DNA from: an uncultured Planctomycetia bacterium
Lineage (GTDB): Bacteria; Omnitrophota; Gorgyraeia; Duberdicusellales; 4484-171
Direction of reading: 5' to 3'
Assembly (NCBI GenBank): GCA_964463445.1
Contig: CAYXBX010000001.1
Location: 1-42,900, forward strand
Length of the DNA: 42,900 nt
The notes below the pieces were generated by a model. That model was not told where the DNA came from. It ran no database searches and was given only the letters and a program-made list of their open reading frames with translations. Position numbers and translations under genes: made by a program. Positions within the stretch are counted from its first letter, which is position 1. Each line of letters starts with the position of its first letter. Below are positions 29,146 through 38,164 of this stretch, piece after piece.

Positions 29146-31959
29146 ATGGCAAAGAAGTTTGTATACTTCTTCGGTTCTGGTAAAGCAGAAGGTAACGCAG
29201 GAATGAAAAACCTTTTAGGCGGAAAAGGAGCCAATCTGGCGGAGATGAGCAGTATTGGCATACCAGTTCCTCCTGGTTTTACCATCACTACAGAAGTATG
29301 TAAAATATATTATGATAATAATAAAAAGTACCCTTCAGGGTTAAAAGAGCAAATAGAAAGTAACCTTAAGAAGTTAGAAAAAGCTGCCAACAAGAAATTC
29401 GGCGATAAGAATAATCCTCTTTTAGTTTCTGTAAGGAGTGGAGCAGCAGTGTCTATGCCTGGTATGATGGATACAATTTTAAACTTAGGCCTTAATGACG
29501 AGGCAGTTGAAGGGTTAGCACGTCTTACTAATAATCCGCGTTTTGCCTGGGATTCTTATCGCAGGTTTATACAGATGTTTGGAGACGTAGCAATGGGAGT
29601 GCCTCATCATGCTTTTGAACATGAGCTGGAAGAGATAAAAAGGTCAATCGCTAAAAAGAAGGGGGTAAGAGACGCTGATTCTTTGATGCAGGAAGCCCTT
29701 AATCGTGAGGTTCCTGATACAGCCTTAGACGTTGATGATTTAAAGTCCTTGGTTAGGCGCTACAAGGATATTTATAAGAAATATACTCATCAGGATTTTC
29801 CTTCCGACCCTAAAAAACAACTTATGATTGCTATAGATGCCGTGTTTGGTTCGTGGAATAATGAACGTGCCATTGCTTACCGTGAGATCAATAACATTAA
29901 AGGATTATTGGGGACAGCGGTGAATGTTCAGATGATGGTTTTTGGTAATATGGGTGACGATTCAGGAACGGGAGTAGGATTTACACGTAATCCTTCAACC
30001 GGCGATAACCACCTCTATGGGGAATTTCTTATGAATGCTCAAGGCGAAGATGTTGTAGCAGGGATAAGAACGCCTTTGCCCATAGACGGCCTAAAGAAGA
30101 AAAACAAAAAAGTTTATGAGGAGCTTCAGGCAATAAGAAAGAAGTTAGAAAAGCACTACAAAGATATGCAGGACTTTGAGTTCACAATAGAGAAGGGTAA
30201 GCTTTATATGCTTCAGACCCGTGTAGGGAAGAGAACTGCCCAGGCAGCAATTAAGATTGCCGTGGATATGGTTAAAGAGGGTTTAATCAGTAGAGAAGAA
30301 GCACTCACAAGAATTAAACCTGCTCAAATTGACCAGCTTTTACATCCTACATTTGATGAGGCAGAGGAAAAGAAAGCAAAAGTGTTTTCTAAAAGCGGTC
30401 TGCCTGCTTCACCAGGAGCAGCTATGGGTCAGGCAGTATTTACCGCCAAGGATGCTGAAGAATGGGCAAAGGAAGGTAAAGATGCCATTCTCTGTAGATT
30501 AGAGACCTCTCCCGAAGATATTAGAGGCATGAATGCAGCAAAAGGTATTCTTACCGCAAGGGGGGGTATGACTTCTCACGCTGCGGTTGTAGCAAGAGGA
30601 ATGGGTAAGTGTTGTGTTGCCGGATGTGGCGATATTGTTATGGATGAGAAAAATAAAGAGATGCGTGCCCAGGATTTAACCATAAGAGAAGGGGACTGGA
30701 TTTCTCTTAACGGGAGCAAAGGGATAGTTTATGTCGGTAAGATTAAGCTCATTTCTCCCCGCGTGAGCGGACCTTTTGGCACTCTTATGAAGTGGGCAGA
30801 CAGTATAAGAAAGCTTGGAGTGCGCACCAATGCCGATACCCCTCATGATACAAAGGTGGCGGTTGAGTTTGGCGCAGAGGGTATTGGGCTATGCCGCACA
30901 GAACATATGTTTTTTGAGGGAAAGCGGATTACCTCTTTTAGAAAGATGATTCTTGCTGCCCCAGAAGTAAGGGCTTTAAGGGAAGCTATAGAGCAGGAAA
31001 AAGATGCTAAAAAGATAGAGGAGCTTAAGGAAAAGTTGAGAGAGCCTTTAGGGCAGTACATGAATGCATTAAAGGAACTTTTACCTCTTCAGAGAGGAGA
31101 TTTTGAAGGCATATTTAAAGAATTAAAAGGAAGGCCGTGCACTATACGGTTGCTTGACCCTCCTTTGCATGAGTTTTTGCCGCATGACAGAAGTGGACAG
31201 GAAGAATTAGCCAATGCAATGGGGGTAAGTTTAGAAAAGGTAAGGGATACAGTGGAAGGCTTAAAAGAGCTTAACCCTATGTTGGGTCATCGTGGCTGCA
31301 GACTTGGTATTACTTACCCTGAAATAACCCAGATGCAAACCCGGGCGATTATTGAGGCTGCTTTAAATATCTATAAGAAAAAAAAGGTTAAGGTTAAGCC
31401 AGAGATAATGGTGCCTTTGGTAGGTAATGTTAGGGAGCTTCAGTTGCAGAAAGAAGTAATTACACGAACCATCGAGGAGGTTAAGAAAGAGAGAAGGCTT
31501 AAAAAGTTGCCTTTTGATGTTAAGATTGGTACGATGATTGAAGTGCCCCGTGCTGCCGTTACTGCCGATGAGATAGCTAAAGTTGCTGAATTCTTTTCTT
31601 TTGGCACCAACGACTTAACTCAAATGGGGTGTGGTTTTTCCCGTGATGATGCTGGCAAGTTTTTAGGGGATTATGTTAAACTGGGGATATACAAGGAAGA
31701 CCCTTTTCAAAGCTTAGATACCCTAGGTGTAGGAAAAATGGTTGAAATGGCAGTTACTTTGGGTAGAAAGGCCCGGCGGGATATAAAATTGGGGATATGT
31801 GGAGAACACGGAGGGGACCCTGCTTCAGTAAAGTTTTGCCATAAGGTAGGGCTTACCTACGTGAGTTGTTCTCCTTTCCGCGTTCCTATTGCAAGGCTTT
31901 CTGCAGCACAGGCAGTTATAGAGGAAAAGAGAAAAAGAAAGCCCAAAAAGAGAAGATAG
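29146..31959 (+). CDS. ppdK: Pyruvate, phosphate dikinase
   Basis: 937 aa with GGKGANLAEM and phosphohistidine motif GGMTSHAAVVARGMG, plus a PEP-utilising C-terminal domain (GTNDLTQ). Confidence 0.95.
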   Translation: MAKKFVYFFGSGKAEGNAGMKNLLGGKGANLAEMSSIGIPVPPGFTITTEVCKIYYDNNKKYPSGLKEQIESNLKKLEKAANKKFGDKNNPLLVSVRSGAAVSMPGMMDTILNLGLNDEAVEGLARLTNNPRFAWDSYRRFIQMFGDVAMGVPHHAFEHELEEIKRSIAKKKGVRDADSLMQEALNREVPDTALDVDDLKSLVRRYKDIYKKYTHQDFPSDPKKQLMIAIDAVFGSWNNERAIAYREINNIKGLLGTAVNVQMMVFGNMGDDSGTGVGFTRNPSTGDNHLYGEFLMNAQGEDVVAGIRTPLPIDGLKKKNKKVYEELQAIRKKLEKHYKDMQDFEFTIEKGKLYMLQTRVGKRTAQAAIKIAVDMVKEGLISREEALTRIKPAQIDQLLHPTFDEAEEKKAKVFSKSGLPASPGAAMGQAVFTAKDAEEWAKEGKDAILCRLETSPEDIRGMNAAKGILTARGGMTSHAAVVARGMGKCCVAGCGDIVMDEKNKEMRAQDLTIREGDWISLNGSKGIVYVGKIKLISPRVSGPFGTLMKWADSIRKLGVRTNADTPHDTKVAVEFGAEGIGLCRTEHMFFEGKRITSFRKMILAAPEVRALREAIEQEKDAKKIEELKEKLREPLGQYMNALKELLPLQRGDFEGIFKELKGRPCTIRLLDPPLHEFLPHDRSGQEELANAMGVSLEKVRDTVEGLKELNPMLGHRGCRLGITYPEITQMQTRAIIEAALNIYKKKKVKVKPEIMVPLVGNVRELQLQKEVITRTIEEVKKERRLKKLPFDVKIGTMIEVPRAAVTADEIAKVAEFFSFGTNDLTQMGCGFSRDDAGKFLGDYVKLGIYKEDPFQSLDTLGVGKMVEMAVTLGRKARRDIKLGICGEHGGDPASVKFCHKVGLTYVSCSPFRVPIARLSAAQAVIEEKRKRKPKKRR

Positions 31960-31962
31960 TAG

Positions 31963-32784
31963 ATGGAAGCAATAAGGGCTTACTTAGAAAGAATTAAAGA
32001 TATACCCCTTCTTTCTAAGAAGGAAGAATTGGAGCTTATCAGAAAATGTCGCAAAGGGGATATTAAGGCGCGCTGGAAGATTATAAATGCTAATTTAAAG
32101 CTTGTGGTTAACATTGCCAAGCATTATGCCCACTTCAATCTTCCTCTTATGGATTTAATTGCAGAAGGCAACATTGGCCTTATGCGTGCCATTGATAAGT
32201 TTAATCCAAAAAAAGGATATCGTTTCTCCACGTACGCTGCATGGTGGATTAGACAGGCAATTACCCGTGCTTTGATTGATCAGGGCAAAACCATTCGCAT
32301 TCCTGTGTATATGAGCGAGTATATCTCCAAGTATATAAAGGCTAAGAACAGGCTTGTGCAGAAGCTGAAGAGAGAGCCAACGCGTGCAGAGATTGCAAAG
32401 AAGATGAAATTCCCTGCAGGTAAGGTTGCTGATATTGAAATGTGGATAGAGAAAAAGGCGTCTCTGGAAGCCCCGGTTGGCACAGATGGGGATTCTCAAC
32501 TGTCTGATTTTATAAGAACCACAGGTTATACGGATACAGAACAGGAGATAGAGCATTTCTTCAGGCACGAGCGGGTATTGGAACTTCTGGATTTTGTTAA
32601 TGAAAGAGAGAGAAAGATTCTTGATTTGCGTTTTGGTATAAGCGATGGAAAGCCTCATACTTTAGCGGAGGTTTCCAAGGAGCTTAAAATCTCAAGAGAG
32701 AGAGTAAGGCAAATAGAGGACAGCGCATTAAATAAGTTACGAAAATACGCAAGGCAGCAACAGAAAGAAGAGTTAGAAATTTAA
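31963..32784 (+). CDS. RNA polymerase sigma factor, sigma-70 family (RpoD/RpoS-like, no region 1.1)
   Basis: 273 aa. Region 2 is [37 protein letters not shown], followed by IRIPVYM. Region 4 HTH is [20 protein letters not shown]. Confidence 0.9.
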   Translation: MEAIRAYLERIKDIPLLSKKEELELIRKCRKGDIKARWKIINANLKLVVNIAKHYAHFNLPLMDLIAEGNIGLMRAIDKFNPKKGYRFSTYAAWWIRQAITRALIDQGKTIRIPVYMSEYISKYIKAKNRLVQKLKREPTRAEIAKKMKFPAGKVADIEMWIEKKASLEAPVGTDGDSQLSDFIRTTGYTDTEQEIEHFFRHERVLELLDFVNERERKILDLRFGISDGKPHTLAEVSKELKISRERVRQIEDSALNKLRKYARQQQKEELEI

Positions 32785-32798
32785 CTAAAGGAGGGGCA

Positions 32799-33311
32799 AT
32801 GGATTTATCAAACACGATAAGAAGCATTCCTGATTTTCCTAAGGAAGGCATTCTTTTTAGGGATATTACTACCCTTCTTAATAATCCCCGTGCTTTTGCT
32901 AAATCCATAGACGACTTAGCGGCTATTTTTAAGAACAAAAAAATAGATTACATTGTTGCTGCTGAGGCAAGAGGGTTTATTTTTGCAGCAGCTTTAGCTT
33001 ATAAGTTAAAATGCGGGTTTGTTCCTGTAAGAAAACCCGGAAAACTTCCCTATAAAACCTACCGCTATACTTATAGCTTAGAGTACGGCAAGGATTCTTT
33101 AGAGATTCACCGTGACGCTTTCCCTAAAAACAGCAGGGTTTTGATTCTTGACGATTTGCTTGCTACAGGAGGCACTGCATTGGCTATTGTTAACCTGGTG
33201 AAGAAACTCAAGGCAAAAATCACTGGTATTGCCTTTTTAATCGAGCTTAAAGAGTTAAAAGGAAGAAAGAGATTGAAGAAGTATCCAGTTTATTCTCTGA
33301 TAAAATTTTAA
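32799..33311 (+). CDS. apt: Adenine phosphoribosyltransferase
   Basis: 170 aa with IPDFPKEGILFRDIT and the PRPP motif VLILDDLLATGGT. Confidence 0.95.
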   Translation: MDLSNTIRSIPDFPKEGILFRDITTLLNNPRAFAKSIDDLAAIFKNKKIDYIVAAEARGFIFAAALAYKLKCGFVPVRKPGKLPYKTYRYTYSLEYGKDSLEIHRDAFPKNSRVLILDDLLATGGTALAIVNLVKKLKAKITGIAFLIELKELKGRKRLKKYPVYSLIKF

Positions 33312-33427
33312 TTTCTTATTAGATTTAATAATTCTTTTTCTCTGTCTTTTGTTGGTTATTCTTTCTGTTAAACGCTATTTTTCAACTTTCAATTTACGTT
33401 ATACGCCATAGGCTATGCGGTCATTTA

Positions 33428-33500
33428 GCGCCCGTAGCTCAAAAGGACAGAGCGCAGGCCTCCTAAGCCTGATGTGGCCGTTCGATTCGGCCCGGGCGCA
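33428..33500 (+). tRNA. tRNA-Arg (anticodon CCT)
   Basis: Hand-folded cloverleaf. Acceptor stem GCGCCCG/CGGGCGC, D stem GCTC/GAGC, anticodon stem CAGGC/GCCTG with loop CTCCTAA, T arm GGCCG-TTCGATT-CGGCC, discriminator A. No encoded CCA. Confidence 0.9.
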
Positions 33501-33585
33501 TTTAAAGAGATAGCGTAATAGTGAGTAGTTTAAGCGTTTAGCGAACAGAAAAAATAACTGTTTTTAGGGTTAACAGACAAAATGC

Positions 33586-33614
33586 TTGACAATCAAAAAA
33601 TTGTTTGGTAAAAG
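33586..33614 (+). promoter_or_regulatory. Putative sigma-70 promoter for the porin gene (extended -10)
   Basis: Consensus TTGACA (33586-33591), 17-nt spacer, then TGgTAAAAG (TG at 33606-33607, -10 at 33609-33614). It lies about 150 nt upstream of the ATG. Confidence 0.5.
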
Positions 33615-33770
33615 AATATAAATACAGGAGAGCTTGCAACTCTAATAAACGCAAGAAGGGAGGTGAGAAGTAAAAAGAAAGACAGGAGTTGTTTAGTAAT
33701 AGTAAGAACTCATAATATCCATTATATCAAGGGAAGCCTTGTTAAAATAAAAAAGAAAAAGGAGGTTTAG

Positions 33771-35075
33771 ATGAGAAGAGTAAGCGCAAGTTTAGCTATT
33801 TTGCTTCTACTGCCTTTGGGGGTATTTGCTGCAGTAAACAGTGTAAAAGTAAGCGGAGACATTACCTCAACTGCAGTTGCCCGTGATTTCTCTTTGGGTG
33901 CAGGCGGTAACGATGACGCAAGCGATTTTATTGCTACTCAGGTGCGTTTAAGAGTGGACGCTGCTTTAACCGAAGGGGTTAATGCGGTTATACGCTTTAT
34001 CAACGAAAGGCTATGGGGAGAAGAAACCACTGATACAGACATTGACCTTGATTTAGCTTATCTTGAGATGAAAGAGTTTTTCTCGCCGGTTGCTACATTG
34101 ATTGTTGGCCGTCAGAACCTTCATTACGGAAGCGGATTGATTGTCGGCGACCCTGATACTAACCGGATTGCTTCTAGTGAGGTTCCTACGATAATGAGTG
34201 ATCTTTCCTTAAGAAAATCCTTTGATGCTGCGCGTTTAATTTTAGACTACTCTCCTTATATGCTTGATTTAATTTATGCAAAAGTTTCTGAAGGAGATAC
34301 CAATGTTAACGACGATGTAACCCTTTTTGGTGCTAATTTAAGCTATGCCTGGAACTCTTACAATGGTTTAACCAATGTTTACTTTTTTGGTTCTGATAAT
34401 GCCAGAGGCGTTAATGTTCAGGATGAGAAATCAAAAACTTATGTAGTGGGCGCAAGCACTCAGCTTTCTCCCAATGACCACCTGGTTCTTTCAGGAGAAG
34501 CTGCCTATCAGTTCGGCGATTACGCAGGTGCCACAAGCCATGCTCATTTAAGTGCCTGGGCGCTTGAATTAAGCGCAACTTATCGTTTCTTAAATGAGAA
34601 AAACGGGCAAATCGGGTTTTTCTATGCTTATCTTAGCGGCGATGATACTTCCAGCAAAAGTTACAATGGCTGGGACCCAATGTTTGAAGACCAGGTGCCC
34701 GCAGAAATAATAAACATTCTTTTTGCTCATTCCAACTGCCAGCTTTTCAGTATAAACGGCTCTTTTATGCCTCGTGAGGATTTAACCGTAGGTGCCCTTT
34801 ATGCTAAAGCCTTTTTAGCAGAGAAGTTAAGCGCAGGTACTTATATAATTACCACAGGTCCTGCTGTTGGTGGTGAAAGTAGTACAGCTACTTACACGGT
34901 AAAGTCTGGCAAGAAAGAATTAGGCGATGAGCTTGATGTTTTTGCTACTTATGATTACACTGAAGATGTTCAGTTTAAACTAACTGGCGCCTGGTTTGAG
35001 CCGGGAAGCTGGTTTGCTTCTTCTAATGACGAAAGTGCTTATTCTTTAAAGGGAAGCGTAAAAGTTGCTTTCTAA
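33771..35075 (+). CDS. Outer-membrane beta-barrel protein, porin-like (possibly alginate-export-like family)
   Basis: Signal peptide MRRVSASLAILLLLPLGVFA/AV, alternating beta-strand pattern, a GRQNLHYGSGLIVG motif, and C-terminal ...VKVAF (terminal Phe). GGAGG SD. Confidence 0.75.
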   Translation: MRRVSASLAILLLLPLGVFAAVNSVKVSGDITSTAVARDFSLGAGGNDDASDFIATQVRLRVDAALTEGVNAVIRFINERLWGEETTDTDIDLDLAYLEMKEFFSPVATLIVGRQNLHYGSGLIVGDPDTNRIASSEVPTIMSDLSLRKSFDAARLILDYSPYMLDLIYAKVSEGDTNVNDDVTLFGANLSYAWNSYNGLTNVYFFGSDNARGVNVQDEKSKTYVVGASTQLSPNDHLVLSGEAAYQFGDYAGATSHAHLSAWALELSATYRFLNEKNGQIGFFYAYLSGDDTSSKSYNGWDPMFEDQVPAEIINILFAHSNCQLFSINGSFMPREDLTVGALYAKAFLAEKLSAGTYIITTGPAVGGESSTATYTVKSGKKELGDELDVFATYDYTEDVQFKLTGAWFEPGSWFASSNDESAYSLKGSVKVAF

Positions 35076-35094
35076 GTAGAAAAGGTGATTTAAG

Positions 35095-35125
35095 CCCCGT
35101 GCATATTATATGCACGGGGTTTTTT
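35095..35125 (+). terminator. Rho-independent terminator after the porin gene
   Basis: Perfect 11-bp stem CCCCGTGCATA/TATGCACGGGG (35095-35119) with a 3-nt loop, followed by TTTTTT. Confidence 0.9.
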
Positions 35126-35126
35126 A

Positions 35127-35154
35127 TTGATTATTTTACTATCTAAAGTATAAT
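35127..35154 (+). promoter_or_regulatory. Putative sigma-70 promoter of the six-gene operon
   Basis: TTGATT (35127-35132), 16-nt spacer, consensus TATAAT (35149-35154). It lies 24 nt upstream of the ATG, which is preceded by AAGGAGG. Confidence 0.6.
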
Positions 35155-35177
35155 ATTATATTCAAAAAGGAGGCTCT

Positions 35178-35510
35178 ATGGGTGATGAGTTAAAGTTGCC
35201 TGATGAAGAAATAAGAGAAGGAGCAGCATTTGCGGCTCTATCTTATGTATTTTTTCTGTGGATTTTAGCTTTTATCTTTAAGAAAGATAATCGCTTTGCT
35301 CATTTTCATGCCCGTCAGGGGTTGGTTATTTTTGTCTTAGAGATTATATGTTTTTTTATGCCTTTTATACCTATTCTGGGAGGTTTGCTGTACGTTTGGG
35401 GATGGATTCTTCTTGTTGTTGCCTCTTTATACGGGGTTTATTCTTCTTTAACAGGAAAACTATGCCATATGCCTTTTATTACCCGTATTGCCTCTAAAAT
35501 GGTGATTTAA
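35178..35510 (+). CDS. Small membrane protein, DUF4870-like
   Basis: 110 aa with 3 predicted TM helices. The motif NRFAHFHARQGL after the first TM is typical of that family as I recall it. Confidence 0.7.
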   Translation: MGDELKLPDEEIREGAAFAALSYVFFLWILAFIFKKDNRFAHFHARQGLVIFVLEIICFFMPFIPILGGLLYVWGWILLVVASLYGVYSSLTGKLCHMPFITRIASKMVI

Positions 35511-35511
35511 T

Positions 35512-36210
35512 ATGAAAAGAAACAAAAGCAAATTTATATCCTTAGAAAAGAACAAACATATATTTGGCAATGACTTTATAAGAGGAGACACCTGGCGGGT
35601 TTTCCGTATTATGAGTGAGTTTGTAGAAGGCTTTGAGGGGCTTTCTGATATAAAAAAAGGCGTTGTATTTTTTGGTTCAAAAAGATCCCCTTCTACCAGT
35701 TCCTTTTACAAATTAGCCCGTAAAACCGCATATATTCTTACTAAGAAAGGGTATACTGTAATGACAGGTGCAGGCCCGGGCATAATGGAAGCTGCTAACC
35801 GAGGGGCAAAGGAGGCAGGTGGGACTTCTGTAGGGTTAAATATTCTTGTTCCTGAGCAGCAGGTTCCTAATAAGTTTGTTAATTACCTTTTGGAGTTCAG
35901 ATATTTCTTTGTGAGAAAAGTTATGTTTGTCAAATATTCCTGTGCCTTTGTGGTTTTTCCCGGAGGCTATGGCACTCTTGATGAGCTTTTTGAGGGGTTG
36001 GCCTTGGTTCAGACAGAAAGAATTCCTTCCTTTCCTATTATTCTTGTGGGTAAAAGTTTCTGGCGAGGTCTTTTAAGCTGGCTTAAGGAGACTTTGATAA
36101 AAGAAGGCACAATTGTTTCCTCTGATTTGTATTTATTTAAGGTTGTGGATACACCCGCTGAGGTTATAAACTCTATAAGTAGCTTTTACAGAAAGAAAAA
36201 GAAGCAGTGA
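35512..36210 (+). CDS. LOG-family protein (TIGR00730-type Rossmann fold; nucleotide 5'-monophosphate nucleosidase-like)
   Basis: 232 aa with TGAGPGIMEAANRGA and the LOG signature PGGYGTLDE. It starts 1 nt after the upstream stop. Confidence 0.85.
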   Translation: MKRNKSKFISLEKNKHIFGNDFIRGDTWRVFRIMSEFVEGFEGLSDIKKGVVFFGSKRSPSTSSFYKLARKTAYILTKKGYTVMTGAGPGIMEAANRGAKEAGGTSVGLNILVPEQQVPNKFVNYLLEFRYFFVRKVMFVKYSCAFVVFPGGYGTLDELFEGLALVQTERIPSFPIILVGKSFWRGLLSWLKETLIKEGTIVSSDLYLFKVVDTPAEVINSISSFYRKKKKQ

Positions 36211-36506
36211 AGGCTTTTTTAAGAGCGTGGTACAAATTTGATGTTGATGATATAAGGAATTCTCTTTTTGTAATAGGAGAACTAAGCGGAGAGTGTTTCT
36301 CCTGCCATAAAGTAGGTATAAGTATTGGAGAGAAAACCTGCCCTCAATGCAAAAAAGAGTTTAAGTTCATAGCTTTCAGAAGAAGAGCGGATTCTTCTGT
36401 GATAGAGCGTTTTCGCAAGAGGTATCCTAAAGAGGTGTTTGTTGACTTTGACGATTTTAAAAAAGCAGTAGGTAGAAGCTCTGCCCGCAAACTGCTTGAT
36501 ATTTAG
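36207..36506 (+). CDS. Hypothetical protein with CxxH...CxxC zinc-ribbon-like motif
   Basis: 99 aa. The GTG start overlaps the LOG stop (GTGA). CFSCHK...CPQCKK. I recognise no family. Confidence 0.55.
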   Translation: MKAFLRAWYKFDVDDIRNSLFVIGELSGECFSCHKVGISIGEKTCPQCKKEFKFIAFRRRADSSVIERFRKRYPKEVFVDFDDFKKAVGRSSARKLLDI

Positions 36507-36531
36507 TAGGTTTTTAAAAAAGGAGGAGAAA

Positions 36532-36930
36532 ATGAAAGCAGTAAAAGCACAGGAACTTTTCATAAAAGGTAAGAACAAAGTAGGTGCTTTGGCCGAATTA
36601 GCTAAGATAATTTCTTCTGGCGGCGTTAATATAAGAGCCATTTCTGCCTGGGCAGTTGGTGATGAGGCATTTTTTAGAATGCTTACTTCAGATAATGCCA
36701 AGACAAAAGAGTTATTAGCAAATAACGGGTATGCTTTTGAGGAGAAAGAGGTGGTTGTGGTTGAACTTGCGGATAAAATAGGCCAGCTTAGCTTGTTATC
36801 AGATAAATTAAAAGAAGCCAATATAGACTTAACTTATATTTATGGTACAACTTCTAAACCTGAGCATGAAGCAATACTTGTATTTTCTTCCAATGATAAT
36901 GATAAAGCAGTAGAGATTATCTCTTCCTAA
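36532..36930 (+). CDS. Tandem ACT-domain protein (small-molecule binding)
   Basis: Start taken at ATG 36532, 7 nt downstream of AGGAGGAG. Two ACT-like repeats of about 65 aa each (GKNKVGALAELAKIISSGGVNI and ADKIGQLSLLSDKLKEANIDL). Confidence 0.75.
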   Translation: MKAVKAQELFIKGKNKVGALAELAKIISSGGVNIRAISAWAVGDEAFFRMLTSDNAKTKELLANNGYAFEEKEVVVVELADKIGQLSLLSDKLKEANIDLTYIYGTTSKPEHEAILVFSSNDNDKAVEIISS

Positions 36931-36943
36931 CCTATCTTTTTAA

Positions 36944-38164
36944 ATGAGGTTATACTTTCCTCATAATTTCTTATGGGGTTCGAGTATCTCTAGTTATCAA
37001 ACCGAAGGTGGAAATATCTACAGTGACTGGTTTCTGTGGGAGAAAGAGCAAGGATTAGAACACGCAGGAGCTTCAGCCAATCATTATAAGTTTTTTAAGG
37101 AAGATATAGAGATTGCCTCTTCTTTATCTCATAATGCCTTTCGTTTTTCTCTGGAGTGGTCAAGAATTTACCCCCATAAAGACAGATTTAACGAAGTCGG
37201 CTTTAAGCATTATGAAGATGTCATAAGTACGCTTAAAAAGTACAATATAACGCCCGTTGTTACTTTACATCATTTTACCAATCCTATATGGTATACTAAA
37301 GAGGGCGGGTGGCTAAATCATAAACTTATAGATTATTTTTTGTGTTATGTAAGAAAAGCAGTCTCTCTATTAAAGGATAATGTAAAGTACTGGATAATTT
37401 TTAATGAGCCTGTGGTGTATGTTTATAATGGCTTCTTAGAAGGCATATGGCCTCCAGGGTTAAAATCCACGAAGGAAGCTTTGCGTGCCTTAAGGAATAT
37501 CTTAAGAGCCTACATTTTATCTTATCAAGAGATAAAGAGGATATACGCAGATAAAAAATCTTTTCTCTCCATAGCAAAGAATATGAGAGTGTTTATTCCC
37601 TGTTTTTATTTAAACTTTGGGCAGAACAATCTTTTTTCTTTTATAAGAAGCCGTTTCTTCAACTTCTATGTGCTGGATTATTTATACAAGAATAGATGCC
37701 TTGATTTTATTGGTTTAAATTACTATTGCGGGGAATTTACAAAAGCTAATTTTTCCCTCTGGGGCAGAGAATGCACAGACGCTCATCACAAACTTAAGAG
37801 GAATGATTTGGGATGGCTTGTTTTTCCTTCTGGCCTGTATAATTTGCTTGTTAGGCTAAGAAATTATAATCTGCCTATAGTTATAACTGAAAACGGAACA
37901 GTCACCCCCCTCGATGAAGAGTACGCCTCGTTTATGATTTCTCACATAGAGAGCGTAGCGAAAGCCATTAATGATGGAGTGGACGTTAGGGGGTATTTCT
38001 GGTGGTCTCTCCTTGACAATTTTGAGTGGGATAAAGGTTACAGCTGTAGATTTGGGTTAGTAGACGTTGATTTTAACAATTTTTCAAGGAAAATAAAGCC
38101 TTTTGCCTTAAAGTACAGAGATATATGCAGGAATAATTTTATAGACATAGAGAATGTTGACTGA
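36944..38164 (+). CDS. Glycoside hydrolase family 1 beta-glucosidase, cytoplasmic
   Basis: 406 aa with FPHNFLWGSSISSYQTEGG, acid/base NEP (IFNEPVVY) and nucleophile ITENG. No signal peptide. Confidence 0.88.
   Translation: MRLYFPHNFLWGSSISSYQTEGGNIYSDWFLWEKEQGLEHAGASANHYKFFKEDIEIASSLSHNAFRFSLEWSRIYPHKDRFNEVGFKHYEDVISTLKKYNITPVVTLHHFTNPIWYTKEGGWLNHKLIDYFLCYVRKAVSLLKDNVKYWIIFNEPVVYVYNGFLEGIWPPGLKSTKEALRALRNILRAYILSYQEIKRIYADKKSFLSIAKNMRVFIPCFYLNFGQNNLFSFIRSRFFNFYVLDYLYKNRCLDFIGLNYYCGEFTKANFSLWGRECTDAHHKLKRNDLGWLVFPSGLYNLLVRLRNYNLPIVITENGTVTPLDEEYASFMISHIESVAKAINDGVDVRGYFWWSLLDNFEWDKGYSCRFGLVDVDFNNFSRKIKPFALKYRDICRNNFIDIENVD

Noticed and set aside
33363-33550. Inverted repeats flanking tRNA-Arg. 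TTCTGTTAAACGCT (33363-33376) pairs with AGCGTTTA-GCGA-ACAGAA (33533-33550). ACGCTAT (33372-33378) pairs with ATAGCGT (33510-33516). They could form a precursor processing stem or an attachment-site remnant.
   Set aside because: The repeats are short, interrupted and AT-rich, so chance cannot be excluded by eye. No integrase, direct repeat of the tRNA 3' end or foreign-looking genes lie next to the tRNA, so an integrated element is unsupported.
33663-33770. Possible 35-codon upstream ORF (GTG 33663; VRSKKKDRSCLVIVRTHNIHYIKGSLVKIKKKKEV) ending at the TAG directly before the porin ATG.
   Set aside because: The GTG is fused to the GGAGG with no spacer, and there is no in-frame ATG upstream. The peptide is lysine-rich low complexity typical of A-rich non-coding sequence. 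I treat it as part of the 5' UTR, though translational coupling cannot be excluded without ribosome profiling.
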